A stretch of DNA of 64,000 nucleotides. Origin: an uncultured bacterium. Its GTDB lineage: Bacteria; Fidelibacterota; Marinisomatia; Marinisomatales; UBA1611. The notes beneath the pieces were generated by a model that saw nothing but the letters and a program-made list of their open reading frames with translations, was not told the DNA's origin and did not search any database. Of the stretch, positions 8,280-18,993 are shown one piece after another. The DNA lies in assembly GCA_943788175.1 (NCBI GenBank), contig CALSPG010000007.1:1-64000 (forward strand), given 5' to 3'. The stretch's first letter is position 1; each line of letters starts with the position of its first letter. Both the position numbers and the translations under genes were made by a program.

Positions 8280-11178
8280 TTAGAATCTATAGTTTGTTCC
8301 AATTTTTATTGTAGAACCATACACTTCTTTTTCAACCGGCTTACTAGCATCTCCCATGAAATACACATGAGGCACATTTGTAATGTTAAGTATATCAGCA
8401 AAAAGAGTAATTTTATTATTTAAGTTATAACTCAAAGAAAGATCTAAACGGTTTGCCGGGTCATAATAGATATCTTCATCTTTATCTCCACCAACTTCAA
8501 CCAAATATTGATCTGCAATTGACTGTGAAAACCTAGCTGTTAACTTACTTGTTTCATAAGCTAAACTTAAGTTTCCAGTACTAGCCGCTTGCCCGGGGAA
8601 TGTTGATTTCTCGCGAGAATCACCATAATCGGCCTCTGAGTCTGTTGAAGTGTAGTTAAAGTAAAGAGACATTGCACTAAGAGGGCCTGGTAAGAAATCA
8701 AGATTTTTTACAAAATTCATTTCCCAACCACTTAATGTTGCATTGTTTCCATTTACTGGCATACTCACTTCATCATACACTTTTGAGCCACCTCGAATTG
8801 AAACATCTTGCAGCGTTGATGTGTAGATATAGTTATCAATAGACTTACTAAAATAACCGAAAGAAAACACACCTAAACCCGCTGGGTAATACTCTAACAT
8901 AAGATCAATGTTTTGCGAATGCGCAGATTCAAGCTCGGGATTTCCAGCTTCAGCATCATCACCGTCAGTTGCAATAAAAGGAACCAATGCTGCAAAGTCA
9001 GCTCTTGCAATACTCTCTGTGTATGCTAAACGAACTAAAGCTTGGTCATTAACCGCATACCTAACATGAGCCATTGGAAGAACATTTGTGTATTCTTTAG
9101 TAACTTTTTGAGCAGTGAAGTATGCCGCAAGACTTTCATCAATAGTTCCTTCATTATCTTCAGCATCTTCTACAGAACCAGCCCAAGAATTATAAGTACT
9201 AGATGTCTTTTCCATCCTCGCACCACCGATAAAATTAATCTTGCCAAATTTCATATCTGCCATTCCGTAAAATGCAGTTATGTCTTCTGTCGCGTCCCAG
9301 GTTTCAAGAATAGCGTCTTCATACATTGGCAATATTTCATATGACCCAAGGTTTGCGCTCATGTGGTCGCGAACTTTTTTAACATCTAGACCATTCGTAT
9401 GAACATAATTTCCATCCATGTATTCATCACCTTCAATATCCATATTAAATCCTTGCATAATGAGGTCATCGTCACCGCCCCATTCCCATACTTCCGCACC
9501 AGATTTATCAGATTTTTTATCTTTTTTTGAAAGCTTAGCACCTAATTTGACTTCACCATTTCCACCTGCAATTGAAAGAGGCATGGACATATTAAATGCA
9601 ATCACCTGATCGTCGCCTGAAACTAAATTCCCGTTTGGACTTTTTTTGTTCGGAATGTAATTACCTTCAAGCTCGATTGCATCTAGTTCATACTTTGATA
9701 AATCGTGCTGGTCAAAAGCCGCGCCATCTTCATCTGTAAAACTTGTGATTTGCGGGTGATTATTATCACTGAACTCGTAGTTCATATTTATATCTTTTAC
9801 TACAAACTCAGCATTTACTGAAGGGTCTCTTAGTTCTTCAGCATATGATTTTGTAAATGCCCAATCTAAACCAAGCTTACCCAACGCGTGGTCACCACCA
9901 AGAGAAAAGCTATTAATTTTTGATATTGAAGATCTGCTTTTAAGCTCCCTGGCTATTCTAGCAAGGTTCGCTGTTCCAGCAGTAGATGTAACATTGCTAT
10001 ACCCAGACCCAGGAGTTTCTTCATCAACAGATTTATCAAAACGATATCTCAACCTATTTCTGTTTTCATTATCTGTATATGTGTTTGATATAAGATTAAA
10101 ATAGAGTTTTGAATCGTTTGCCAAGTTTATAATCTAAACTTGTGGTAACACCAACTCTCTCCCTACTCAACGAATAGTTCTTTAATTGCATGTCATTTAT
10201 GATCACACCATCTGTTTCATCGACAACATAGGTTTCATCCTCTTCACTGTCTACGACATCTGAAACCGTCTCATATTTGTCATTCCACTCTAATTCAATA
10301 TTATCAGTTTTCATATCATTAAACTCATAACTACCAGAGACAATCAAACCTAAGTTTCCATCCATAAACTGGTTACCATAAGTAAATGCACCCATACTAC
10401 CACTTTTACCATAAAGAGGTCTATGTCCGCCAGCAACTTTTGCCTCCATAAACTGACCATCATAATCGAAAGCATTTTTTGTGATAAGATTAACGTGTCC
10501 ACCAATTGCATCAGCATCCATATCTGGAGTTATGGCCTTCGTAACCTCAACAGAACCAAGTGAATAACTCGGTATAATGTCTAAAGAAATTTTCCTAACA
10601 TCTTCAGGACTTGGTACTTTAACACCATTAATTGTAGTTGTGTTTAAAGAAGCTTCCGCACCTCTAATTTGAACATAACGACCTTCACCATGGTCACTTT
10701 CTAGAGCAACACCTGGCAATCTTTGTAGAACATCAGCAACATTCTGATCAGGGAATTTTTCCATCTGGTCTCTTGAAACTACGTTTTTAATATTCCCAGC
10801 GCTCTTTTGTTGACTTAGCGCTTTAGCTTGCCCTTGTGCAAGTCCAGTAACATTTACACCTTCCATTGAAACATAATCAACATCAAGAGAGACGTCAACC
10901 ATAACATCATCAGACCCAACCGTTACTGAATCTGAAAAATCAGCATAGCCAACATAGGTTACCTTCAAAGTGTAGTCCCCTTCTGGAACACCACCTATTT
11001 TATAATTCCCAAACCTGTCTGATGAGGTTCCGTAATTGGTACCATCTAACATCACGTTAGCTCCTGGAAGAAAATCCCCAGAACTGGAACCGGTTACCTT
11101 ACCACTCACATTTCCCGCATATGCAAGATGGGTAAACGACAATAAAAAAGTTATAATTGATATCGATTTAATATTCAT
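8280..11178 (-). CDS. TonB-dependent receptor, probable phytate/inositol-phosphate transporter (split by a frameshift near 10122)
   Basis: ORF 10096-11178: signal peptide, CarboxypepD_reg-like domain and plug (FPDQNVADVLQRLPG, GEGRYVQIRG, DADAIGG). ORF 8280-10124: beta-barrel ending in NYRF. Removing one base at ..YKL/ANDSKL.. joins them. Confidence 0.9.
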
Positions 11179-11234
11179 ACTACCTCTTTCATGTTATTAT
11201 TGATATGTGTTCTACCTACATTTCTAAGTAAACA

Positions 11235-11276
11235 AAATGTATATATAATTATAATTGAAAGTTTTTTTATATGCAA
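11235..11276 (-). promoter_or_regulatory. Sigma70-type promoter of the TBDR (TTGCAT-17-TATAAT) with overlapping operator AAATGTATATATAATT (11235-11250)
   Basis: -35 at 11276-11271, -10 at 11253-11248; operator matches the 8159 site at 13/16 positions. Confidence 0.6.
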
Positions 11277-11322
11277 GTTTGAAAATAAAATTAGCATGCT
11301 TCAGCTTTTTCAACGTTATTTC

Positions 11323-11365
11323 TTGATACTTGTGAGTAACAATACCTATAATTGTACATACAATT
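11323..11365 (+). promoter_or_regulatory. Sigma70-type promoter of the regulator operon (TTGATA-18-TATAAT) with overlapping operator AATTGTACATACAATT (11350-11365)
   Basis: -35 at 11323-11328, -10 at 11347-11352; near-perfect palindrome immediately downstream. Confidence 0.7.
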
Positions 11366-11382
11366 GAACATTTAAATCAGTT

Positions 11383-12462
11383 ATGATAATAAATAATAAA
11401 AGCTCAGTTCCAAAATACTTTCAACTGCAAACATGGCTACAAGACAGGATTGAACAGGGTTACTATGGTACCAATGAAAAAATTCCAACTGAAAATGAAT
11501 TAGTTAAGTTAAGCGGGTTGTCTAGGGCAACTGTACGGCAAGCATTAAAAAATTTAGAGAACGATGGCTATATTATAAGAAAAAAAAGGGTTGGCTCTTT
11601 TGTGCAAAAAACAAGAAAGCAAACCAATGGAATTACAACTATTGGGTTACTTATTCCCGATATTAGATCTGGTTATGCGCCTATTCTAGCAAGGGGTGCG
11701 GAAGATGAAGCAATTAAAAATGATGTAAACTTAATCCTCTGTAATACAGATGACACTCTAAGCCAAGCAAACTATCATATTGAACGATTGATTAAGATGT
11801 CAATTAGTGGTGTCATTTATATACCTGTTGCAGCAAGCGATAAAAAAAATCTACAGATTATAAATAAACTGAAAAGAAAAAACATACCTGTTGTCTTGGC
11901 AGATAGAGGCATTCAAGGTTCAGATTTCGATTTTGTTACAACTAATAATTTTGAAGGGTCCCGAGAAATTACTCAACACCTTATTAATAGAGGACATGAG
12001 AAAATAGCTTTTTTAAGTAATAAGGTGTACAGTACGGAAAGATTGAGATATGATGGTTTTATATCAAAATTGAAAGAATTAAAAATTGCTCAAGACCCAT
12101 CAATAACAATAATTGATAAAAGCGCATTTAATGTTAACAGATATCTAAATCATGCTCATAAAATTTTAAAAAACAGAAGAAAATTTACTGCTGTGTATGC
12201 TGGGCATGATAGAATCGCTTTATTGTTTTATGCTGCTGCTAAAAATTTAGGACTCAATGTTCCAGAAGATTTTTCACTAGTCGGCTATGATAATATGCCT
12301 TTGACAACAGTTTCCTTAACAACTATGCATCAACCTATTTATGAAATAGGTCAAGAAAGTATAAAACTAATTGTAGCCAGAATAAATAACAGGTCAATTA
12401 AAACTAAAAATATTATACTGAAATCAAACCTAATAAAAAGAAATTCAGTAAAGAGTATTTAA
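11383..12462 (+). CDS. AraR-like repressor (GntR wHTH + LacI-type effector-binding domain), probable inositol/phytate regulator
   Basis: PKYFQL..KIPTENEL..SRATVRQAL N-terminus; C-terminal PEDFSLVGYD, LTTMHQP. Confidence 0.9.
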   Translation: MIINNKSSVPKYFQLQTWLQDRIEQGYYGTNEKIPTENELVKLSGLSRATVRQALKNLENDGYIIRKKRVGSFVQKTRKQTNGITTIGLLIPDIRSGYAPILARGAEDEAIKNDVNLILCNTDDTLSQANYHIERLIKMSISGVIYIPVAASDKKNLQIINKLKRKNIPVVLADRGIQGSDFDFVTTNNFEGSREITQHLINRGHEKIAFLSNKVYSTERLRYDGFISKLKELKIAQDPSITIIDKSAFNVNRYLNHAHKILKNRRKFTAVYAGHDRIALLFYAAAKNLGLNVPEDFSLVGYDNMPLTTVSLTTMHQPIYEIGQESIKLIVARINNRSIKTKNIILKSNLIKRNSVKSI

Positions 12463-13471
12463 TGCGTCACCGAATAATTAATGTGGGACTTATTGGCTTG
12501 GGGCGTATCGGGAAAATGCATGCTAAAAATATCTGCGAAAAACTGCCTTCTATTAGAATTTAAAAGGTATAGCTGACCCAAAACCAGATCTAGATTTCAT
12601 TCAAAACCTTGGAGAAATAACAGTACATAAAAATGCCCAAGAAATTATTTCTGATAAAAATATTGATGCTGTTATTATTTCTTCTCCAACGCCAACACAT
12701 TTTAATCTGATTAAAAAATGCCTCAGAAACAATAAACATGTTTTCTGCGAAAAGCCTATTTCTTTTTCAAAAAACGAAATAAATGAGATCATTGACCTAA
12801 TGGTTATTCAGAAATCATTTGTCCAAGTTGGATTAAATAGAAGGTTTGATGAAGAATTTATTTTATTAAAAGAAAAAATAAAAGAAGGCCTAATTGGTAA
12901 AACACAAATAATACACATTACAAACCATGATAGTACTATCCCAAGATTCAAGTTTTTAAAAACATCTGGTGGCATGCTGTTTGACCTTTGCATCCATGAT
13001 TTTGATATGTTAACATTTATAACAGGTAAAAAAATAAAAGAAATATATGTTAATGGTTCTGTTTTCATAGAGCCAAGGTTAAAAGACATAAATGATATCG
13101 ATAATGCAATAATTACCCTAGAGCTTACAAATGGAGTTTTATGCACTATTGATAGCTCAAGACAAACTCATTTTGGATATGATCAAAGAATTGAAGTTTT
13201 TGGCTCAAAAGGAATGATCTCTATTGACAACAAACCAAACCAGCTATTTTTATTAAGTGACGAATCAAGAACAATTAAATCAAAAATTAAAAAGTCTTTT
13301 GTTGAAAGATATGAATCTTCATATATCAATGAACTTGAACATTTTTATAAATGTGTAATAAGCGATAAAAGTCCAATCGTGGGTCCAGAAAATATTTTAG
13401 ATGCGATACATATTGCGACCGCAGGAACCAAATCGCTAGAGCTAAACAGACCTATCATGGTGGAAAGATGA
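12462..13471 (+). CDS. Gfo/Idh/MocA inositol dehydrogenase, IolG-like paralog 1 (frameshift near 12555)
   Basis: ATG at 12462 overlaps the upstream stop (TAATG) and gives MRHRIINVGLIGLGRIGKMHA. After the frameshift: LKGIADP..HVFCEKP, then ORF 12800 with GLNRRFD, SGGMLFDLCIHDFD, GYDQRIEVFG. Confidence 0.85.
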
Positions 13472-14460
13472 ATAAAATTAATTTGGCCATTCTAGGGTTA
13501 GGTAGAATAGGGAAAGTGCATGCAGAAAATATTATTTCTTTAAATGAGTGTAATCTAAAAATTATAATTGACCCTGTATCAGATTTTGATAACAATTTCA
13601 CTGACCTAGGTATAAAACAATCAAAACATTTTGATGATCTTTTAAATGAAAATGATATTGATGGTGTTATAATATGTTCACCATCTAAATACCACGTTAG
13701 CCAAATTAAAAGTCTCTCAGACTTGACAAAGAATATTTTTTGTGAAAAACCTTTAGGCTTATCTATCGAAGAAATCCTTGATGTTAAGTCACTAGTAACA
13801 AAAAAAAGTCTCAATCTGCATATAGGCTTTAACAGAAGATATGATCCGGATTTTTCTGAATTGAAAAGACATATTTTAAATAATGAGATTGGTGACTTGC
13901 ATATGATCAAAATAACCTCTCGAGATCCCGCGCCACCACCAATTAGTTATATCAAAAAGTCTGGGGGAATATTCTTAGACATGACTATTCATGATTTTGA
14001 TATGGTTAAATATTTATCTGGATCAGAAATAGCTGAATTGTATGTTAAAGGTGGCTGCTTTGTTGATCCAGAAATAGAAAAAGCGAACGATGTTGATACA
14101 GCTATTATTAATATGAGTTTAAAAAACGGTGTTTTAGCAACAATCAATAATTCAAGGCAGGCAGTTTATGGTTACGACCAACGAATCGAAGTTCTAGGTT
14201 CAAAGGGAGTTTTAAAAGTTGAAAATAAGCTTTTAAATAAAGTTGTAAAAGGGACAAAAGAAGGATTTATATCATCAAACCCTCAAAACTTTTTTATTGA
14301 TAGATACGAACAATCATATAAAAAAGAATTATTGAATTTTGTACAATCAATAAAAGGCGACATTGTTGATTATGCAGATGCAGATGATGGTCTACATGCT
14401 CTTAAGGCAGGATTAGCCGCAAATAATTCATTATTAAACAACACTCCTTTCTTGGTTTAA
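13468..14460 (+). CDS. iolG: myo-inositol 2-dehydrogenase
   Basis: GLGRIG, CEKP, GFNRRYDP, ITSRDPAPPP, SGGIFLDMTIHDFD, YGYDQRIEV. Confidence 0.9.
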   Translation: MNKINLAILGLGRIGKVHAENIISLNECNLKIIIDPVSDFDNNFTDLGIKQSKHFDDLLNENDIDGVIICSPSKYHVSQIKSLSDLTKNIFCEKPLGLSIEEILDVKSLVTKKSLNLHIGFNRRYDPDFSELKRHILNNEIGDLHMIKITSRDPAPPPISYIKKSGGIFLDMTIHDFDMVKYLSGSEIAELYVKGGCFVDPEIEKANDVDTAIINMSLKNGVLATINNSRQAVYGYDQRIEVLGSKGVLKVENKLLNKVVKGTKEGFISSNPQNFFIDRYEQSYKKELLNFVQSIKGDIVDYADADDGLHALKAGLAANNSLLNNTPFLV

Positions 14461-14465
14461 ATGAT

Positions 14466-15440
14466 ATGCTAAGAACAAAAAAAGAAAATGTTTTTAGCCT
14501 TGTTATTATTTTCATTTTCTTATCTTGCTCTGGTATAGAAAAACAAAAAGATAAACCATTAAAAAAAGTTTCAATTAATATGGTAACTCATGGCCAAGCA
14601 ACTGATCCCTTTTGGAGCGTAGTTAGTAATGGCGCTAAAGACGCAGCTAAAGAACTTGGAATAGATTTTTATTATCAATCACCACAAAATTTTGATATGA
14701 TAACCATGTCACAAATAATTGATGCTGTTGTTTCAACTAACCCTGATGGTATCATTGTTTCTGTCCCAGACGTAGCAGCTTTAAAGAAGAGTATTTTAGC
14801 TGCATCAAAAAAAAATATACCTATCATCGTAATTAATGCTGGTAGCGAAATTATGGAAGAGGTTGATATCCTCACTTATGTAGGACAAAGTGAATATGAA
14901 GCAGGAATGAAAGCAGCAAAAGAATTAATAAAATACAATATTACAACTGCTCTATGTGTAAATCATGAAATTGGAAACATTAGCCTAGATAAGAGAGAAC
15001 AGGGTTTTAGAAAAGTTTTAAAAGAAAATAATATCGATGTGAAAACAATACCTATTGATGCCTCAGATCCATCAGTGGCTAGAGAAACAATTAGAGCATA
15101 CCTCTCTATAAACAACACGATAGATGGAATACTAACGCTCGGTCCGCTTGGAGCAATACCCATTATGAGTTTATTAAAAACCGTTGATAAAGAAAAAAAA
15201 ATCAAGTTAGCGACCTTTGATTTTACTCCTGAAATAATTGATGGTATTATGAATGATCAAATCGTTTTCGCTTTAGATCAGCAACAATATCTTCAAGGAT
15301 ACTTACCGGTTATATTAATGAATCTATATATAACCAATAAAAACACCCCCGCATTTGAAAAACTAGAAACGGGGCCTAGTATAATTAATATTAAAAATGC
15401 ACAAGATGTATTGGCTTTGAGCAAAAAAGGGAAAAGATAA
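14466..15440 (+). CDS. Sugar (probably inositol) ABC transporter substrate-binding lipoprotein
   Basis: Lipobox FLSC; VTHGQATDPFWSVV, DQQQYLQGYLP. Confidence 0.9.
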   Translation: MLRTKKENVFSLVIIFIFLSCSGIEKQKDKPLKKVSINMVTHGQATDPFWSVVSNGAKDAAKELGIDFYYQSPQNFDMITMSQIIDAVVSTNPDGIIVSVPDVAALKKSILAASKKNIPIIVINAGSEIMEEVDILTYVGQSEYEAGMKAAKELIKYNITTALCVNHEIGNISLDKREQGFRKVLKENNIDVKTIPIDASDPSVARETIRAYLSINNTIDGILTLGPLGAIPIMSLLKTVDKEKKIKLATFDFTPEIIDGIMNDQIVFALDQQQYLQGYLPVILMNLYITNKNTPAFEKLETGPSIINIKNAQDVLALSKKGKR

Positions 15441-16435
15441 TTTTATCTAAAAAAATATTTTCAAGACCAGAAACAGGTGCTTTACTCGGTCTCGTGTTCG
15501 TATGGTTATTTTTTGCGATTTTTGCTCATAACGGGTTCCTATCTATTTATGGTGTGAAGTCTTACCTCCAAGTTTCATCTGAAATTGGAATTCTTGCAGT
15601 AGGTGTTGCACTATTAATGATAGCTGGAGAATTTGATTTATCTATCGGGTCACTAATTGGTTTCTCAAGTATGTCAATAACATTACTAACAATCGAAGCA
15701 AATATGCCAATGCCTCTAGCATCTGTTTTGACTTTAATAATGACAATTTTTATTGGATATTGTAATGGTCTTACGGTCGTAAAAAGTGGCTTACCCTCTT
15801 TTATTATCACACTTGGATCTTTGTTTATTGTAAGGGGTTTAACCATTGCTGTAACAAAACTAATTACTGGTAGAACTCAAATTAGCGGAATTGATGAATC
15901 AAGTGGTTATGATTTTATGCATTCAATATTCAGCAGCAGCGTAAAAATAGCTGATGTTAATTTTCCTGTATCAATCTTCTGGTGGATCTTATTTGTCTTT
16001 TTAGGATACTTTATGTTAAACCAAACACAAATAGGAAATTGGATCTTTGCTACCGGTGCGTCAAAAGAGAGTTCAAAACTAATGGGCATACCTATTAGAA
16101 AAATAAAGGTTTCACTTTTCATGTTAACCGCATTTTGTGCCTGGTTTATTGCGGTGATTCAAGTAACTACTTTTAATGGCGCTGATGTTTTAAGGGGTGA
16201 GCAAAAAGAATTTATTTCAATAATCGCAGCTGTGATTGGAGGGACCTTACTCACAGGTGGATATGGTTCAATCATTGGTGTTATGATAGGAGCTTTAATT
16301 TTTGGTATTGTAAAGCAGGGAATAATTTTTGCAGGTATTGACGCTGATTGGTTCCAAGTGTTTATGGGTGTGATGTTGGTTTCTGCCGTTTTAGTTAATG
16401 GCAGTTTTAAAAAAAAGTACATTCATGAATTCTAA
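15437..16435 (+). CDS. Sugar ABC transporter permease (start probably upstream of 15494)
   Basis: IAGEFDLSIG, LPSFIITLG, AAVIGGTLLTGGYGS; the family motif RPETGAL lies in frame upstream of the GTG at 15494. Confidence 0.9.
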   Translation: MILSKKIFSRPETGALLGLVFVWLFFAIFAHNGFLSIYGVKSYLQVSSEIGILAVGVALLMIAGEFDLSIGSLIGFSSMSITLLTIEANMPMPLASVLTLIMTIFIGYCNGLTVVKSGLPSFIITLGSLFIVRGLTIAVTKLITGRTQISGIDESSGYDFMHSIFSSSVKIADVNFPVSIFWWILFVFLGYFMLNQTQIGNWIFATGASKESSKLMGIPIRKIKVSLFMLTAFCAWFIAVIQVTTFNGADVLRGEQKEFISIIAAVIGGTLLTGGYGSIIGVMIGALIFGIVKQGIIFAGIDADWFQVFMGVMLVSAVLVNGSFKKKYIHEF

Positions 16436-17156
16436 CAGACTAGATCTTCATAATATTTATAAAAACTTTGGGAACGTAAAAGCATTAAAAAATGTTTCTA
16501 TGAGTACTAACTCTGGACAAATTAATTGCATCCTTGGCGATAACGGAGCGGGGAAATCAACCTTAGTAAATATTATTTCTGGAGTCTTTCAGCAAGATGA
16601 AGGAGACTATAAAATTAACGATGAAATCGTTTCTTTCTCTAGCCCTATGGAAGCAATGAATGCTGGTATATCAACAGTATATCAAAATTTAGCTATCATA
16701 CCTATTATGAATATTTATAGAAATTTTTTTTTAGGCCAGGAACCAACAAAAAAAGGTTTTTTTAAAACCTTTGATAAAGAGTTTGCAACACGAACAACCA
16801 TTGAACAGTTAGAAAAATTTGATATTAAAATAGAAAACCCTAAAAGAGCAGCTGGTACACTTTCAGGCGGTGAAAGACAAATACTCGCAATTGCGCGAGC
16901 ACTATATTTTGGGGCGAAAATTCTCATTCTTGATGAACCTACTTCTGCTCTAGGGGTTAAAGAATCTAATAAAGTAGTAAATCAAATTATTTCACTTAAA
17001 AATCAAAATATTAATGTGATTCTCATTTCTCACAACATTGAGCAGGCATATATGCTCAGTGATAAATTTTTTATTATTAAAAATGGGGACATGATAGACC
17101 AGTTTGAAAAAAATCAAACATCTGTTAATGATTTGAGAAAAATTTTAGGAAAATAA
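16425..17156 (+). CDS. Sugar ABC transporter ATP-binding protein (single NBD)
   Basis: GDNGAGKST, LSGGERQ, ILDEPT; ATG at 16425 preferred as start. Confidence 0.92.
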   Translation: MNSNRLDLHNIYKNFGNVKALKNVSMSTNSGQINCILGDNGAGKSTLVNIISGVFQQDEGDYKINDEIVSFSSPMEAMNAGISTVYQNLAIIPIMNIYRNFFLGQEPTKKGFFKTFDKEFATRTTIEQLEKFDIKIENPKRAAGTLSGGERQILAIARALYFGAKILILDEPTSALGVKESNKVVNQIISLKNQNINVILISHNIEQAYMLSDKFFIIKNGDMIDQFEKNQTSVNDLRKILGK

Positions 17157-17189
17157 TTTATTTAATACAATGAAAGGGACAAAGTAAAA

Positions 17190-18071
17190 ATGGAAAAAAT
17201 AGGAGTAATTGGCCTTGGAAATATGGGTATGGGTATTGCAAAAAATGTAATCAATAACGGCTATAAAACAATGGGGTATGACCTACGTGATTCATGTTTA
17301 ACAGAATTAAAAAAAAATGGTGGTGACGCTGCAGAAAGTGTAGAAAAAGTAGGAGAATCTTGTGATGTGGTTTTTGTAATGGTAATGAATGGAGATCAAG
17401 TTAAGGATGTTGTTACAAAACTATCACCAGGGTTAAAGAACAGAGGTACAATAATTATAACAGCAACTATTACACCAGAAGAAGTAAGAGTTGCTCATAA
17501 AATTGCGCAAGAAAACAATATAAAAATGATTGATAGTCCTGTTAGTGGAGGCCTGCAGGGAGCACACGAAGGGACATTAACACTTATGACAGCAGCAGAA
17601 AACGAAGTGTTTGATAAATACAAACCTATTCTAGAATCAATATCAAAAAATATGTTTCATGTGGGTGTTAACATTGGAGATGGCCAAACCGTAAAGGCAT
17701 CTTTACAGGTTTTTATTGGCGCGACCTTCACAGCAATTTTTGAATCATTAGTTCTGGGTTCCAAAGCGGGAATCGATGGTAAAATTCTTTATGATGTTTT
17801 TAGCTCTAGTGGTGTAAGTAGTCCATTATTTAAAAATTGTGCCAGCTTAATAATGGATAGGAAATTTGAAAATACTGGAAGCCACATATCAACAATGCAT
17901 AAAGACCTTGGCATAAGCATGAGTATGGCTAAACAAAATGGCGTTCCTATGTTTACGGCTGCCGCAGCGTATGAATTATTTCAAGCTGGAATTTCAATGT
18001 ATCCGGAAGGTGATAATTGGTCTATTGTTAAATTGTTAGAAAAAATGTCTGATACAAAAGTTGAATGGTAA
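17190..18071 (+). CDS. NAD(P)-dependent beta-hydroxyacid dehydrogenase (MmsB/GarR/LtnD/YihU family)
   Basis: GVIGLGNMGMGIA, DSPVSGG, catalytic Lys in GQTVKA, KDL. Confidence 0.88.
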   Translation: MEKIGVIGLGNMGMGIAKNVINNGYKTMGYDLRDSCLTELKKNGGDAAESVEKVGESCDVVFVMVMNGDQVKDVVTKLSPGLKNRGTIIITATITPEEVRVAHKIAQENNIKMIDSPVSGGLQGAHEGTLTLMTAAENEVFDKYKPILESISKNMFHVGVNIGDGQTVKASLQVFIGATFTAIFESLVLGSKAGIDGKILYDVFSSSGVSSPLFKNCASLIMDRKFENTGSHISTMHKDLGISMSMAKQNGVPMFTAAAAYELFQAGISMYPEGDNWSIVKLLEKMSDTKVEW

Positions 18072-18106
18072 TTAATTAATTTTTAAAAAAAATAAAGGAA
18101 GAGAAA

Positions 18107-18973
18107 ATGGCAAAACTAGGTGTAATTACAGATGGAATAAGTACAGATTTTGAACACGCTTTAAAAATAATGAGTCAAAACAATTTAGATCAAGCAGAGC
18201 TACAATATCTATGGGATAAAGAAGTTGGTGATTTTGATAAATCTGAAATTGATAAAATTGAAGAACTTTTAAAAAAATATAACATGGATGTGTCTTGTAT
18301 CTCTCGTCATAATTTTGCAGGTGTTGGCGTACATGAAGTCAGTATTGGCGATGATACATACAACCATCATATGGAAAAATTAAAAGAGTGTATTGATATG
18401 GCCAAGAGATTCAATTCTCCCTTAGTGAGAATAATGAGTTTTAGAAAAGAAATGGTTTTGTTTGGTGAGCACGGTGCAGAAAAATGGAATGTTAGTGATG
18501 GTGCCTGGAATAAATTAGTAGAACTTTTAACTCCTGTCGTTAAGTTAGCAAAAGAATCAAATATTATGCTTGTAGTTGAAACAGGAAACAACGCAATGAT
18601 AACATCCTGTTTTCTAGGTAGAAAATTGATTGATGATTTAGATACAAAACATTTAAAAGTACTATGGGATCCTGCAAACGCTCTTTATTGTGGAGAAAAT
18701 CCAAGTAAGAATGCATTAGATTCCATGGAAGGCGGGTACCTTGGTCATGTGCACATGAAAGATGTTGAAGTTTCTATTCATCAGGCGAAAATTAAATGTG
18801 TAGCGCTTGGTGAAGGGCAAATGGCACCTCACCTACAGACAATATCAGAACGATTGGACCAAATAGGTTATGATGGTTCCATGTCTTTAGAGAGTGTTTA
18901 CAGACCAACCGAAGGAAATTTTGAAGATGGCTTTAATGCCTCCATAACAAAATTCAAAAATCTGTATTCGTAA
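18107..18973 (+). CDS. Sugar phosphate isomerase/epimerase, xylose-isomerase-like TIM barrel (AP_endonuc_2)
   Basis: LVVET, WDPAN, HVHMKD, LGEG, SLE metal-ligand pattern. Confidence 0.8.
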   Translation: MAKLGVITDGISTDFEHALKIMSQNNLDQAELQYLWDKEVGDFDKSEIDKIEELLKKYNMDVSCISRHNFAGVGVHEVSIGDDTYNHHMEKLKECIDMAKRFNSPLVRIMSFRKEMVLFGEHGAEKWNVSDGAWNKLVELLTPVVKLAKESNIMLVVETGNNAMITSCFLGRKLIDDLDTKHLKVLWDPANALYCGENPSKNALDSMEGGYLGHVHMKDVEVSIHQAKIKCVALGEGQMAPHLQTISERLDQIGYDGSMSLESVYRPTEGNFEDGFNASITKFKNLYS

Positions 18974-18993
18974 AAAGGAAGGGTTACTTTAGA

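Noticed and set aside
10096-10124. Programmed frameshift or phase variation in the TBDR
   Set aside because: No slippery heptamer or long repeat tract; similar small indels occur in unrelated genes.
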